A stretch of 39,082 nucleotides of DNA from the NCBI GenBank assembly GCA_023267595.1, contig JAHFNB010000005.1:1-39082 (forward strand), in the 5' to 3' direction. The position numbers were made by a program, and so were the translations under genes. The stretch comes from a bacterium (GTDB lineage Bacteria > Patescibacteriota > Minisyncoccia > Phycocordibacterales > UBA5272). The notes below the pieces were generated by a model. That model worked only from the letters and a program-made list of their open reading frames with translations. It was not told the DNA's origin and did not search any database. Shown piece by piece: positions 23,699 through 33,134 of this stretch; the stretch's first letter is position 1, and the number at the start of each line of letters is the position of its first letter.

Positions 23699-24640
23699 GG
23701 ATTGGGAGGAAATTGTACAAATAAGATTAGTCTGTCTATGTGGTAAATCTTTTGTCATTTCATCAAATTGCTTTCCCCACGTGACAAGATCATGTGATTC
23801 ACTTGGAGAATGATGATCAAGATCTTTTATGGTGTATCCATATTTTTGTAATAACTGGAGTATATGTATTCCATCATGTATATCACTAGATTTATTTTTT
23901 TCATAGAAACTAGGTGAGTACTCGAGGAAAAGTATTGGTTTATCACGTGCAATAATGGGTTCAAGTCCGAGAAGGACATTGTATTCATATCCTTCGACAT
24001 CTATTTTTATAACATCGATTTTTGTATAGTGTGCAAGTAAAGGTATTGGATTTTTAATATGAACCGTTACTTCTTCTATTTTCCCATCACTTCGTGGTAA
24101 GAATAACGATGATGCTCCCGCATTTGTCGTATCGATGTAAATTGTAGAGGTACTATCTTCTTTTCCACATCCTGCATTAATAAGGTTTATATTATGCATG
24201 GTATTTTTCTCTACACTTCGTTTTATTTGTTCATACAATCGTGGAATTGGTTCAAAAGAAATGACATGACCATTTCCTCCAACTAATCGTGAAGCAAATA
24301 ATGTATGTTGTCCTATATTTGCACCGACGTCAATAAAGGTCATATCTTTATGAATGTAGTGTATAAATTGGTCTAACATCTCAGGTTCAAATACTCCTTC
24401 ATCAGAAATCTTTTCATCGATGTATCCATTCTTTGGATCAAGAGAAATCAGGAATGTAATATTTTTATAATTGAAATGAAAAAAAGGATCTTTTCTAAGT
24501 TGTCTCTTTAATTTAAATTGTCTTCGATAGTTGATGATAAGAATAAGGATGTAGTAACGTATAAAAGAGTATGGCGTATTTGCATACTTTTTCATAAAAT
24601 CTTTTATGGTAAAAAACATTTTTTTGAGATGATTTTTCAT
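23693..24640 (-). CDS. FkbM-family SAM-dependent methyltransferase, copy 1
   Basis: Motifs: FIDVGANIGQHTLFAS, GHVISFEPIP, IDVIKIDVEGYEYNVL. ATG 24640 is preferred over the TTG at 24700 because TGcTATAAT (24661-24653) lies 12 nt upstream. Confidence 0.75.
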   Translation of the reverse strand: MKNHLKKMFFTIKDFMKKYANTPYSFIRYYILILIINYRRQFKLKRQLRKDPFFHFNYKNITFLISLDPKNGYIDEKISDEGVFEPEMLDQFIHYIHKDMTFIDVGANIGQHTLFASRLVGGNGHVISFEPIPRLYEQIKRSVEKNTMHNINLINAGCGKEDSTSTIYIDTTNAGASSLFLPRSDGKIEEVTVHIKNPIPLLAHYTKIDVIKIDVEGYEYNVLLGLEPIIARDKPILFLEYSPSFYEKNKSSDIHDGIHILQLLQKYGYTIKDLDHHSPSESHDLVTWGKQFDEMTKDLPHRQTNLICTISSQSM

Positions 24641-24652
24641 TGAAATGTAACT

Positions 24653-24661
24653 ATTATAGCA
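24653..24661 (-). promoter_or_regulatory. Extended -10 box (minus strand)
   Basis: Reads TGcTATAAT on the minus strand. Confidence 0.45.
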
Positions 24662-24704
24662 TGTGAGGTAACAGATTTTTCTACTGAGAAAAATTGACAA
24701 ATTG

Positions 24705-24713
24705 TGCTAGAAT
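24705..24713 (+). promoter_or_regulatory. Extended -10 box upstream of the flippase gene
   Basis: TGcTAGAAT. A TTGACA at 24694-24699 is too close to serve as its -35. Confidence 0.4.
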
Positions 24714-24728
24714 ATACATATAGATAAG

Positions 24729-26021
24729 GTGAAACTCCTTATTTTTCTTAAGAAATACATGATTACCTATTTGAGAAATATATCCCAGATGAGTATTTTT
24801 AAAGATCTCTCGTGGTATACCCTGTGCCAAATATTTGTACAAGGGGCGGCATTTTTCAGTGCTATTATTGTGACTCGTTACTTGGGTCCGACAAACTTAG
24901 GCCTTTATGGATTCGTACAAAATTACGTGTCTACTGCTTTTACGGTAATAGCAGGGGTAGATTTTTATTTCACATGGAAGATAGCAAAGAGCAATGATTT
25001 CTTTAAGGATGTACAGAAATGTATGGGATATAAATTTGTTCTCTATATACTTTTTTCTGTTGCAGGAGCACTCGGTGCATGGATTGTACTTCCACACGAT
25101 GTTGCACTTATGGTAACAATAATGATACTTCCTATATTTCTCCAATCATTAAATGCTTTTTCTTTTTATGCAATGGCAACGAATCGTGCAAAGGTAGTCG
25201 CGATAACATACATTATTACATCGTCTGTTCTTCTACTTTTAAAGGTTGGATTAGTATATTTACAGGCACCACTATATGCATTTATTATTGTGGCAACTAT
25301 TGATCTAGTATTAAGTGGAATTATTCTTACTATATATTTCACACGTATGCCAGAATGGAGGGGGATATTTTCAACAATACAACTCCCATCATTTGTACAA
25401 TCAATTTCATTTTTGTATTCGATACGATTAAGTATCATTGCTCTTGTATGTTGGCAATTATTACAACGTATAGACCAACTCATACTACCGACATTTTCAA
25501 ATGCATATACTCTTGGTATCTATGTTGCTGCAGTAAAGATAGCAGAAGTCCCAAACTTTTTAGCGGGAATACTTTCCGCCGCACTTGTTTCTCGTATGGC
25601 ATATGTTGCTGTTAATCATGATGATCAGTCACGTAGACGTTTAAAAACGATGATGTTTTCTTATCTAGGGGTAGGGACTGCTATTGCACTTGGTATTATT
25701 ATGTTTGCACCACTTGCAATACATATCTTGTATGGTGCAAGATTTACAGAATCTATTCCTGTGCTTCAAGCATACGCACTCTCTATTCCAGGAATGTATA
25801 TGAATTATTTTTTCTTAGGCATGTATGGTGCGCGTGATAGACAGCAATATCAAGTTTGGATTTTTGGAGTAGCAGTGCTTGTAAATATCATCTTTATTTA
25901 TTTCTTAACACCTATCTATGGACTTGTCGGAACTGCATTCGCAACGGCTATTGCATATTCTGTTTCAGCATTAGGATTTTTCCTTAGTCTAGATAATACA
26001 AAGTACCATGAAACCAAATAA
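24729..26021 (+). CDS. Wzx-like oligosaccharide flippase (MOP/polysaccharide biosynthesis protein family)
   Basis: About 12-14 TM segments and a family-typical length. The start is uncertain (GTG 24729, ATG 24759 or ATG 24789). Confidence 0.6.
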   Translation: MKLLIFLKKYMITYLRNISQMSIFKDLSWYTLCQIFVQGAAFFSAIIVTRYLGPTNLGLYGFVQNYVSTAFTVIAGVDFYFTWKIAKSNDFFKDVQKCMGYKFVLYILFSVAGALGAWIVLPHDVALMVTIMILPIFLQSLNAFSFYAMATNRAKVVAITYIITSSVLLLLKVGLVYLQAPLYAFIIVATIDLVLSGIILTIYFTRMPEWRGIFSTIQLPSFVQSISFLYSIRLSIIALVCWQLLQRIDQLILPTFSNAYTLGIYVAAVKIAEVPNFLAGILSAALVSRMAYVAVNHDDQSRRRLKTMMFSYLGVGTAIALGIIMFAPLAIHILYGARFTESIPVLQAYALSIPGMYMNYFFLGMYGARDRQQYQVWIFGVAVLVNIIFIYFLTPIYGLVGTAFATAIAYSVSALGFFLSLDNTKYHETK

Positions 26022-27087
26022 AGGATATTCAAATTTCATTTTCTTTTCTCCAGGACCAGTAGGTGATCATTTGGTTACTGTTGATTTTGCAAATCATTTT
26101 TTCGAAAGTACGGGATTATCATCGACTATTTTAGTAAAGCATCCAAATCAATTTCTACGAGATTTGTCTTTACCATATGATGATCATATTACTTATATTG
26201 GAATTACATCCCTTAGAGGAGTTATTCAAACAATTTTACTTTCTTTACGAAGTATTTTTCAAAAGAATTGTTATGTCCTTATTTTCCCAATACCATTACC
26301 ACTATATTTATTAGTATTTTGTAAGTTTATTAGATATTGTACTCGTAGTCGTGTTGTTGGGTTTAATCATGAAGGAACAAAGTTTTTCCCTACAGGTAAG
26401 GGATACAGAAAAGACTTAGGGATAGGAAATACTATAGAATTACTTGCAGAGCCATTTTATATGAGTGCAAATAAAATGTTAGAGTTCTTGGGGTATACGG
26501 CAATTAATAGAGTTCCTCGTTTAGAGTATATATATAAAGAAAATATATTTTCAAAATTTGGTATACAGAAAGGGAACTATATTGCTATGCATGTTGTTCC
26601 ATCATATAAGTTTAGAAGTCTTCCTACAGATAGATGGAATTATATTATTGGTGACTTGCTCACAAAAGTCCCAAATGTAAAAATTGTTTTAACAGGTGCA
26701 AATGGTGATATGGCATTTATCAACGAGTGTATTATAAATCTTCCACAGGATAACATTGTTATAGCAGCAGGGAAAACAGATACACAGGAACTCCTTACAC
26801 TTTATGCGCATGCAAAAGTAAATGTGACCGTCCAGACAGGAAATGGTCTTATGATTAACATGCTTCATGTACCTACTGTTGTTGTAAATATAAAAGGGAC
26901 AGCAATGTTTTATTATGATTTTAATGAAAATGCTACGATTCTTTATTCCACGAAAGATTGTATTTGTGATCCATTTAGAACATCATGTAACTTTATAAAG
27001 TATAAAGGAGGGGAATATATGGCATGTATTTTTAATATTAATGATGAAGACGTGGTTAATGCAGTACTTACGAAATATCATGAGTAA
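26008..27087 (+). CDS. GT-B glycosyltransferase, GT9 (heptosyltransferase)-like, copy 1
   Basis: N-terminal FFSPGPVGDHLV resembles the GT9 SLGD motif. The C-terminal part reads VLTGANGD...AAGKTDTQELLTLYAHAKVNVTVQTGNGLMINML. Similarity is weak. Confidence 0.4.
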   Translation: MKPNKGYSNFIFFSPGPVGDHLVTVDFANHFFESTGLSSTILVKHPNQFLRDLSLPYDDHITYIGITSLRGVIQTILLSLRSIFQKNCYVLIFPIPLPLYLLVFCKFIRYCTRSRVVGFNHEGTKFFPTGKGYRKDLGIGNTIELLAEPFYMSANKMLEFLGYTAINRVPRLEYIYKENIFSKFGIQKGNYIAMHVVPSYKFRSLPTDRWNYIIGDLLTKVPNVKIVLTGANGDMAFINECIINLPQDNIVIAAGKTDTQELLTLYAHAKVNVTVQTGNGLMINMLHVPTVVVNIKGTAMFYYDFNENATILYSTKDCICDPFRTSCNFIKYKGGEYMACIFNINDEDVVNAVLTKYHE

Positions 27088-27853
27088 TACTATTCCTATT
27101 TTTATAATCAATATGGAGAAAGATAAAGAGCGTCGTGCTTTTATGTCACGACAAATGCATGACTTGGGGCTTCATTATGAATTTGTTGTAGGTAGAGCAG
27201 GAGATGATCCTCTTGTATTGGCTGCATGTGATGATGCTTTAGCAATTAAGGAACATGGAAAAGTTTTAATGAAAGGTGAAAAAGGATGTGCTTTCTCACA
27301 TAGATCGATTTATGAAAAAATGCTTAAAGAAAATATAAAAGAAGCACTAATTTTAGAAGATGATGCAGTACTTCCAAAAGATATTTTTACTATTTTAGAA
27401 AAAGTTTTGAAAGAACAAGGAAGATCGTGGGAGTGGTTATCATTTGATTATCCAAAGATTGGTTTTTCTTTTCTTTCAGCATGGCTTATTGCTTCAAAAA
27501 AGATGTCTAAGAAAAATAGCATGTTTCTTGTCTATGCAGGTATAAAGTTCCCATTTATTATCATAATGTCTCTCTACGAGTTATTACGGGATAAACTTGC
27601 AGAAAAATATCCTGTCATGTCTGGTCCAAAACTATTTTATCGACCGCTTTATAATGCGGGGGCATATATTGTAACGCAGGATGGAATTAAAAAAATGATG
27701 CCGCTTCTTGTACCGATTCGCTTTAGTGCAGATAGAACCCCTAATCAAGCACGAGTAAAAACAGGTTTAAAAATGAGATGGTATGTCCCACGTATTGTAC
27801 ACCAAGCAGAAGAAGATTTCGGTAATACTTTTACAAGTAATACCATTATATAA
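27080..27853 (+). CDS. GT25-family glycosyltransferase (LgtB/Lic2B-type)
   Basis: Motifs: IPIFIINMEKDKERRAFM, GEKGCAFSHRSIYEKM, ALILEDDAVL. The ATG overlaps the upstream stop (ATGAGTAA). Confidence 0.7.
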   Translation: MSNTIPIFIINMEKDKERRAFMSRQMHDLGLHYEFVVGRAGDDPLVLAACDDALAIKEHGKVLMKGEKGCAFSHRSIYEKMLKENIKEALILEDDAVLPKDIFTILEKVLKEQGRSWEWLSFDYPKIGFSFLSAWLIASKKMSKKNSMFLVYAGIKFPFIIIMSLYELLRDKLAEKYPVMSGPKLFYRPLYNAGAYIVTQDGIKKMMPLLVPIRFSADRTPNQARVKTGLKMRWYVPRIVHQAEEDFGNTFTSNTII

Positions 27854-27878
27854 AAGACTTTTTTAAGCATTGTAAAAA

Positions 27879-27887
27879 TGGTATAAT
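27879..27887 (+). promoter_or_regulatory. Extended -10 box, 9 nt before ATG 27897
   Basis: TGgTATAAT, then gtgaaaata, then ATG. Confidence 0.5.
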
Positions 27888-27896
27888 GTGAAAATA

Positions 27897-29654
27897 ATGA
27901 GTGAATACATATTAGGTATCCATTTTGGGCATGACTCTACGGCTACTCTCATGAAAGATGGGGAGGTTATTGAGGCCATGCAAGAGGAGCGTCTTTCTCG
28001 TATTAAAAAATATGTAGGGTTTCCACATATGTCTGTGGACTATATCAAAAAGAAATACAATATAGAATTATTTTCACATGTTATTGTCGATGGATTAGAG
28101 TTTGGTGGACATGTATTTGAAACATATGAAAGTAATAAGATATATCGTTCAAAAGATAATCGTGGATCATATTTTAATCGTGCGCTAGGAGCACGATTTC
28201 CTATGATTGGAGAAATCTATCGTGTTATTGATATATCACGTTTTCTTAAAAATATTGTGAATATGGAAACAAAGACGAGAAGTTATCTTGCAGAACTTTT
28301 CCCACAAGCAACTGTTTCTTTTATTCACCACCATTATAGTCATGCATGGGCAACTGTGCCATTTATGCCAGATGATAGAAAAAGACTTATTCTTACATTA
28401 GATGGACAGGGAGATGATTTATCTGGGTCAATAAATATATTTGAAAATGGGAATATTAAAGTTCTTCATCGGTTCAAAAGAGAAAATTCTCTGGGACTTC
28501 TCTATAGTTCTATTGTAGATATTTTGGGAATGGCACGAAATGAACATGAGTTTAAAGTGATGGGTCTTGCACCATATGCAAAAAAGTCTTCTGGTGAAAA
28601 AGTATATGAACTATTGAAAAAGTTGGTATGGTTTGATGAAGATACTATGGAAATGAAATCGTCCATTGATACACGTCGTGCCACAGGATACTTGGTTGCA
28701 AATGATTATAATCAACATCGTTTTGATTCGTTAGCCTATGGTATACAAAAGTTAACAGAGGAAATTATAAAAGATATTGCTCGTGCAGCAATAAAAAAAT
28801 ATAATTGCGGAGATATTGCAATAGGGGGTGGGGTATTTATGAATGTAAAAGCAAATCAATATTTACTAGAAATGCCTGAGGTCACTTCTCTTGTTATGGC
28901 ACCATCATGTGGTGATGAATCACTTGCCATTGGAAATGCTATCTATGGTTATGCACAATTACACAACAATGATATATCAGGATTAAAGAAGATAGAAAAC
29001 TTATATCTTGGTTCAGAATATTCTGATGAAAACATTAAGAAAGAAATAGATGCATATCCTTTTACAAAAGAGTGTGATATTACCTATTTTGATCCAACAA
29101 GTGATAATACTATTGAGAAAAAGGTAGCAGAAATCCTTTCGCATAATAGTGTTGTAGGACGATTAAAAGGTCGTGGAGAATGGGGGGCACGCGCATTAGG
29201 TAATCGTTCTATATTGGCAAATCCTATGTCACGAGATAATGTAAAACTCATTAATGAAATGATAAAAGGGAGAGATTTTTGGATGCCATTTGCAACATCC
29301 ATGCTCTATGAACGTAGAAATGATTATCTTCATGTGACAAAAGATTTATATGCACCATTTATGGCTATTACGTTTAATACAAAAGATATTGCCCACAAAG
29401 AATTAATTGCTGCACTTCATCCATATGATTTAACATCACGTCCACAAATGGTAAAGAAGGAGATAAACAAAGAATACCACTCACTTATCAGTGAGTTTGA
29501 AAAGTTAACAGGTGTAGGAGGAATACTTAACACATCATTTAACCTTCATGGTGAACCAAATGTGGAAACACCACTTGATGCACTGCGCACTTTTGAACAT
29601 TCAGGATTACCACATGTTGCAATTGGAAATTACTTAATTTCAAAAAAGAATTAA
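27897..29654 (+). CDS. Carbamoyltransferase (NodU/CmcH/NovN family)
   Basis: Motifs: ILGIHFGHDSTATLMKDGEVIEAMQEERLSRIK, HHHYSHA, GGGVFMNVKAN, GEWGARALGNRSILA, NTSFNLHGEPNV. Confidence 0.85.
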   Translation: MSEYILGIHFGHDSTATLMKDGEVIEAMQEERLSRIKKYVGFPHMSVDYIKKKYNIELFSHVIVDGLEFGGHVFETYESNKIYRSKDNRGSYFNRALGARFPMIGEIYRVIDISRFLKNIVNMETKTRSYLAELFPQATVSFIHHHYSHAWATVPFMPDDRKRLILTLDGQGDDLSGSINIFENGNIKVLHRFKRENSLGLLYSSIVDILGMARNEHEFKVMGLAPYAKKSSGEKVYELLKKLVWFDEDTMEMKSSIDTRRATGYLVANDYNQHRFDSLAYGIQKLTEEIIKDIARAAIKKYNCGDIAIGGGVFMNVKANQYLLEMPEVTSLVMAPSCGDESLAIGNAIYGYAQLHNNDISGLKKIENLYLGSEYSDENIKKEIDAYPFTKECDITYFDPTSDNTIEKKVAEILSHNSVVGRLKGRGEWGARALGNRSILANPMSRDNVKLINEMIKGRDFWMPFATSMLYERRNDYLHVTKDLYAPFMAITFNTKDIAHKELIAALHPYDLTSRPQMVKKEINKEYHSLISEFEKLTGVGGILNTSFNLHGEPNVETPLDALRTFEHSGLPHVAIGNYLISKKN

Positions 29655-30577
29655 AGAGAAATAGGTTCTATTGTAGCAACAAAGTTTGGAATAGTTTCAT
29701 CAATGAGAATTTTTTCTATAAGTGATGTGAAGTTCTCTTTTGGAATCTTTGTATGTAATGTATCAATTGCATAGATAGAATAACCAAGTGAATCTAGGAA
29801 TGTGAGTATATCTATACTTTTACCTTTGTAGTCTTGCTCGTAAAGATGAGGACTGAATTCAAAGATAATAGTCGGTGTATATGTTGCTATAGTATTTTTA
29901 CCTCCTTGCAATGCTTCGTATTCATATCCTTCGACATCAAGTTTTATAACATCAACATTCTTAATATGTGCTAATTCTTTATCAAGCATTGTTACATCAA
30001 TTGAAACACTATGTGATGCACCATTTTTATTGGTGATAGATGTGAGTCCTGCATCTTCATCATGAAGATAAATAGTTTCATAACCATCTTTATTTCCTGC
30101 TGCTTTTTCAATCACCGTAATATTTGAAAACGCATTAAGAGCAATAGATTCTTTAATTTGGGAAACAAGATGTGGTATCGGTTCAAAAGCATAGACATGA
30201 CCACTGTCTCCAACAAGATGTGCACCATAGAGAGTTTCATATCCAATATTTGCACCAATATCTACAAATGTAGAACCGCGGTGTAATCTTTCTTTCATGA
30301 TAGCAATGACATCCACATCTCTTTGGTGATGAAGAAATAGTTCTGCATCTGTGCCACCATTCTTTGGATCGATAACAATTCTAAGTGGTGTATCTTTGAT
30401 AGTAATATTCTGACGATGTGTAAAAACAGTATGAATATGATTTTTGTGGACTGTATTTGGTATATATGAGAAGAAAAATCTATATAGTACAAGAATACCT
30501 TTATAGATGAAATCTGGTAGAATACCTTTTATGGAACGTTTAACCAATTTTTTGAATCGGAAGAAGATGGTAGTCAT
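29651..30577 (-). CDS. FkbM-family SAM-dependent methyltransferase, copy 2
   Basis: Motifs: FVDIGANIGYETLYGA, GHVYAFEPIP, VDVIKLDVEGYEYEAL. Confidence 0.75.
   Translation of the reverse strand: MTTIFFRFKKLVKRSIKGILPDFIYKGILVLYRFFFSYIPNTVHKNHIHTVFTHRQNITIKDTPLRIVIDPKNGGTDAELFLHHQRDVDVIAIMKERLHRGSTFVDIGANIGYETLYGAHLVGDSGHVYAFEPIPHLVSQIKESIALNAFSNITVIEKAAGNKDGYETIYLHDEDAGLTSITNKNGASHSVSIDVTMLDKELAHIKNVDVIKLDVEGYEYEALQGGKNTIATYTPTIIFEFSPHLYEQDYKGKSIDILTFLDSLGYSIYAIDTLHTKIPKENFTSLIEKILIDETIPNFVATIEPISL
30515..30523 (+). promoter_or_regulatory. Extended -10 box, 7 nt before in-frame ATG 30531 (inside the divergent FkbM gene)
   Basis: TGgTAGAAT, then acctttt, then ATG. Confidence 0.45.
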
Positions 30578-31616
30578 GGTTGCGTATGGTGGTATAGGGG
30601 AATATCTATTTCAACTTGATTTAGCAAAGCGTTTTGAGGAAATAGGGATTATGTCCATAATTCTTGTTAGGAGTAAGTATACCTTTTTTCATGAGATTCT
30701 GCATGAGGCAGGAGACACTTCTATATGTCTTGTAAATCGAGAAGGGTGGCGATACTACGTGTATATGCCAAGTGTTTGGTTACTATGTCTTATGAGAGAG
30801 GTAACAATTATTAATTCTTTTAACTCACTCTATTACCGATTACCAACACGTATTTTTTATACTATAGCAAAGATATGTTCTGCACGTGTTATTGTATCAA
30901 AGCATGAAAAAGAGAATTTGCCATATGAACAAGTACCATATAAACAGGAAATGGTTTGGCAGAGAAATAATAGAATTGTAGAATATGTGACAGGAAAATC
31001 TTTTACGGAAGGATTTCCAGTATTAAAATTTAAGTCTTATAAGCATCCAGCATCTAGCATCCAGCATCAAACTGGAGAGAAGTATATTCACATTCATCCA
31101 GTTGGTTCAATACTTGCAAAGTCATATCCAGTTAAAAAATTGATAGAGGTAGTAAAAAAGTTACAAGACGATCACAACATAATTATTACACTTACTCCAT
31201 CTGAAGAGAAATGGTATGTTACAAATGAATTACGTGATTTTGTAAAAAATAATTCTAATGTAGAAATAATAATAAAATATTTTTCTATTAAAGAAATAAT
31301 TTCATATATTGCAAACGCATCTTTATTTGTAACGGTAAACACAGGATTATTATGGCTTTCACTTATGCTTAAGCAAAAGACTGTTGTGTGTGACTATTTT
31401 ACTGAATACGAATGGAATCCAAAATACTATGATAATGTGACGAGACTTTCTCATGATACAGATGAAAATGGAAATAATCTTCATCATAGAATGAAAAAAT
31501 ACGATGATGGGTCTTATTTTGAGTCAATGTATTTGATTACTTCAGAAGAAGTTTATGATGCAATTATGCATGCTTTACCAACGCACGGACAAAACGCACA
31601 AGAAGATATAGAATAA
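30531..31616 (+). CDS. GT-B glycosyltransferase, GT9-like, copy 2
   Basis: VMVAYGGIGEYLF, then IHIHPVGS, then ISYIANASLFVTVNTGLLWLS. The layout matches 26008..27087. Alternative starts are 30507, 30567 and 30576. Confidence 0.4.
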   Translation: MERLTNFLNRKKMVVMVAYGGIGEYLFQLDLAKRFEEIGIMSIILVRSKYTFFHEILHEAGDTSICLVNREGWRYYVYMPSVWLLCLMREVTIINSFNSLYYRLPTRIFYTIAKICSARVIVSKHEKENLPYEQVPYKQEMVWQRNNRIVEYVTGKSFTEGFPVLKFKSYKHPASSIQHQTGEKYIHIHPVGSILAKSYPVKKLIEVVKKLQDDHNIIITLTPSEEKWYVTNELRDFVKNNSNVEIIIKYFSIKEIISYIANASLFVTVNTGLLWLSLMLKQKTVVCDYFTEYEWNPKYYDNVTRLSHDTDENGNNLHHRMKKYDDGSYFESMYLITSEEVYDAIMHALPTHGQNAQEDIE

Positions 31617-32337
31617 ATGTAGGGCGATATATCAGGTTCTTAGTGATACCTTCATAGAAAAGTATAGAAAGTGATTCTAATTGTTGTGTAAATGTTCTTG
31701 TACGGAAGTTAAGACCTGATAGTTCATCATATCCATCAGTAATTGTACTGTTGTGATTATGGTAAAACATTTTGCATTGTAAACCCACTTGGTAGAAGAA
31801 AAACCATTCTTCTCCTTGTTTTATATATTTTGAAAAACGTATATGGTTAAGTAATTTTGTTTCGATACAGTGTGTTGCATCTCCCTTCCCACGTTTTGTT
31901 ATGAGGTAACTCCATGCGTATGAATAGGATGTATTATCTTTTGGGAATTGTGTATTTGGTTTTCCATGAGCATAAGCACGATTAGTTACAAACCAATGGC
32001 AATCTTGATGAGAAAGTATGAGATGGTACAACGTAGCAAGTGCATCAGGTGCTAAGAAGTCATCATCATCAAGAAATATAACCCACTTTGAATCACCAGA
32101 TATTTTATCGAGTCCATTATTTCGAGAAAAATTTGCGCCACTGTTGATATGATTGATATGATAATGAATACGTGGGTCATTAATATGAGAAGCAAACTTT
32201 TGATATGTTATATCATCAGGTGAATCATTAATAATGATCATTTCCCAATCTTGATATGTTTGTGAAATAAGGGAATTAACCGCACGAATAAGTCCATCTA
32301 CGCGTTTATGAGTTGGAGTGATGATGCTAAATTTCAT
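31564..32337 (-). CDS. GT2-family glycosyltransferase
   Basis: Motifs: FSIITPTHKR, ISQTYQDWEMIIINDSPDD, FLDDDD. Confidence 0.75.
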   Translation of the reverse strand: MKFSIITPTHKRVDGLIRAVNSLISQTYQDWEMIIINDSPDDITYQKFASHINDPRIHYHINHINSGANFSRNNGLDKISGDSKWVIFLDDDDFLAPDALATLYHLILSHQDCHWFVTNRAYAHGKPNTQFPKDNTSYSYAWSYLITKRGKGDATHCIETKLLNHIRFSKYIKQGEEWFFFYQVGLQCKMFYHNHNSTITDGYDELSGLNFRTRTFTQQLESLSILFYEGITKNLIYRPTFILYLLVRFVRALVKHA

Positions 32338-33032
32338 ACAAATTTAAAAATCTTTTTTAAAAGTTCTTTTATACCAAGTGTTTCTGTTATAGTTACACCG
32401 AGACTATGTATTCCCATGTTTTTAAAAAGTCTATTGAGTGGATTTCCCCATGAGTAGTGCCATAAATGTATTCCGTATACATCTTTTTCCATTTCCTGTC
32501 CGTGCCATTCTTTGATATGTTCACTATCAAACGGATAAAAGGCTAATGGAGGTAAGATAGTGAGTGAACCTTTATGTTCGTACGTATCAAACACCTTTGA
32601 AAGAATGCGAGGGATAGTGATCAATTCTTGTGGATTCTCATCATACATCTTTTTACATTCTGTAATAAATGGATGATGTGGGATAGCACCTATCATACCA
32701 GCACTAATGATACCTCGTTTTTCTTCGCCTAAGATACACTCGTTAACACATAAGGGGGATAATGATTGGAGAAGTAACATATCAGTATCAAGATAAAATC
32801 CTCCATGAGTTTCCAGTATGGCTAATCGTACATGGTCTACAACAAAAGCCCATTTTTTTTCAGAATACATTCGTGATGCAAAAGGGAGGTTTTCAACTGA
32901 AAAATTAAGTTCATTCCACTCTTTGATTTCAAAATCAGAGTTATGTTTTTTCCAACTTTCTATGCAAGAAATGGTTTCATCACTTTTTTGTTCTGGTCCA
33001 AACCAACAATAATGAATTATTTTTGGGATCAT
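32334..33032 (-). CDS. GT32-type glycosyltransferase (DXD sugar-binding motif family)
   Basis: Motifs: IPKIIHYCWFG, YLDTDM. Confidence 0.7.
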   Translation of the reverse strand: MIPKIIHYCWFGPEQKSDETISCIESWKKHNSDFEIKEWNELNFSVENLPFASRMYSEKKWAFVVDHVRLAILETHGGFYLDTDMLLLQSLSPLCVNECILGEEKRGIISAGMIGAIPHHPFITECKKMYDENPQELITIPRILSKVFDTYEHKGSLTILPPLAFYPFDSEHIKEWHGQEMEKDVYGIHLWHYSWGNPLNRLFKNMGIHSLGVTITETLGIKELLKKIFKFV

Positions 33033-33045
33033 AGTAATTCCCTAT

Positions 33046-33054
33046 ATTTTACCA
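33046..33054 (-). promoter_or_regulatory. Extended -10 box (minus strand), 13 nt before ATG 33032
   Basis: Reads TGgTAAAAT on the minus strand. Confidence 0.4.
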
Positions 33055-33098
33055 TGAATTTACCCTTAATGGCTTTAAGGACTTTTGGCTATTTTTTG

Positions 33099-33107
33099 TG
33101 ATATACT
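33099..33107 (+). promoter_or_regulatory. Extended -10 box upstream of 33135
   Basis: TGaTATACT, with a 27-nt gap to the ATG. Confidence 0.45.
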
Positions 33108-33134
33108 TTTTCCATTAATCATTAAAAACCAAGT

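Noticed and set aside
23981-24018. A 21-nt identical stretch (gtattcatatccttcgacatc) and ~36 nt with 3 mismatches shared with 29918-29955 in the two FkbM genes. I considered recent gene conversion.
   Set aside because: The stretch encodes the invariant DVEGYEY catalytic motif. In an AT-biased genome with restricted codon choice, identity here is plausibly purifying selection plus codon bias. The rest of the two genes is well diverged.
31044-31068. Direct repeat catccagcatc-tag-catccagcatc inside the GT9-like copy 2 gene.
   Set aside because: It is a single short in-frame duplication (HPASSIQHQ) with no further copies. It is most likely a slippage remnant rather than a functional repeat.
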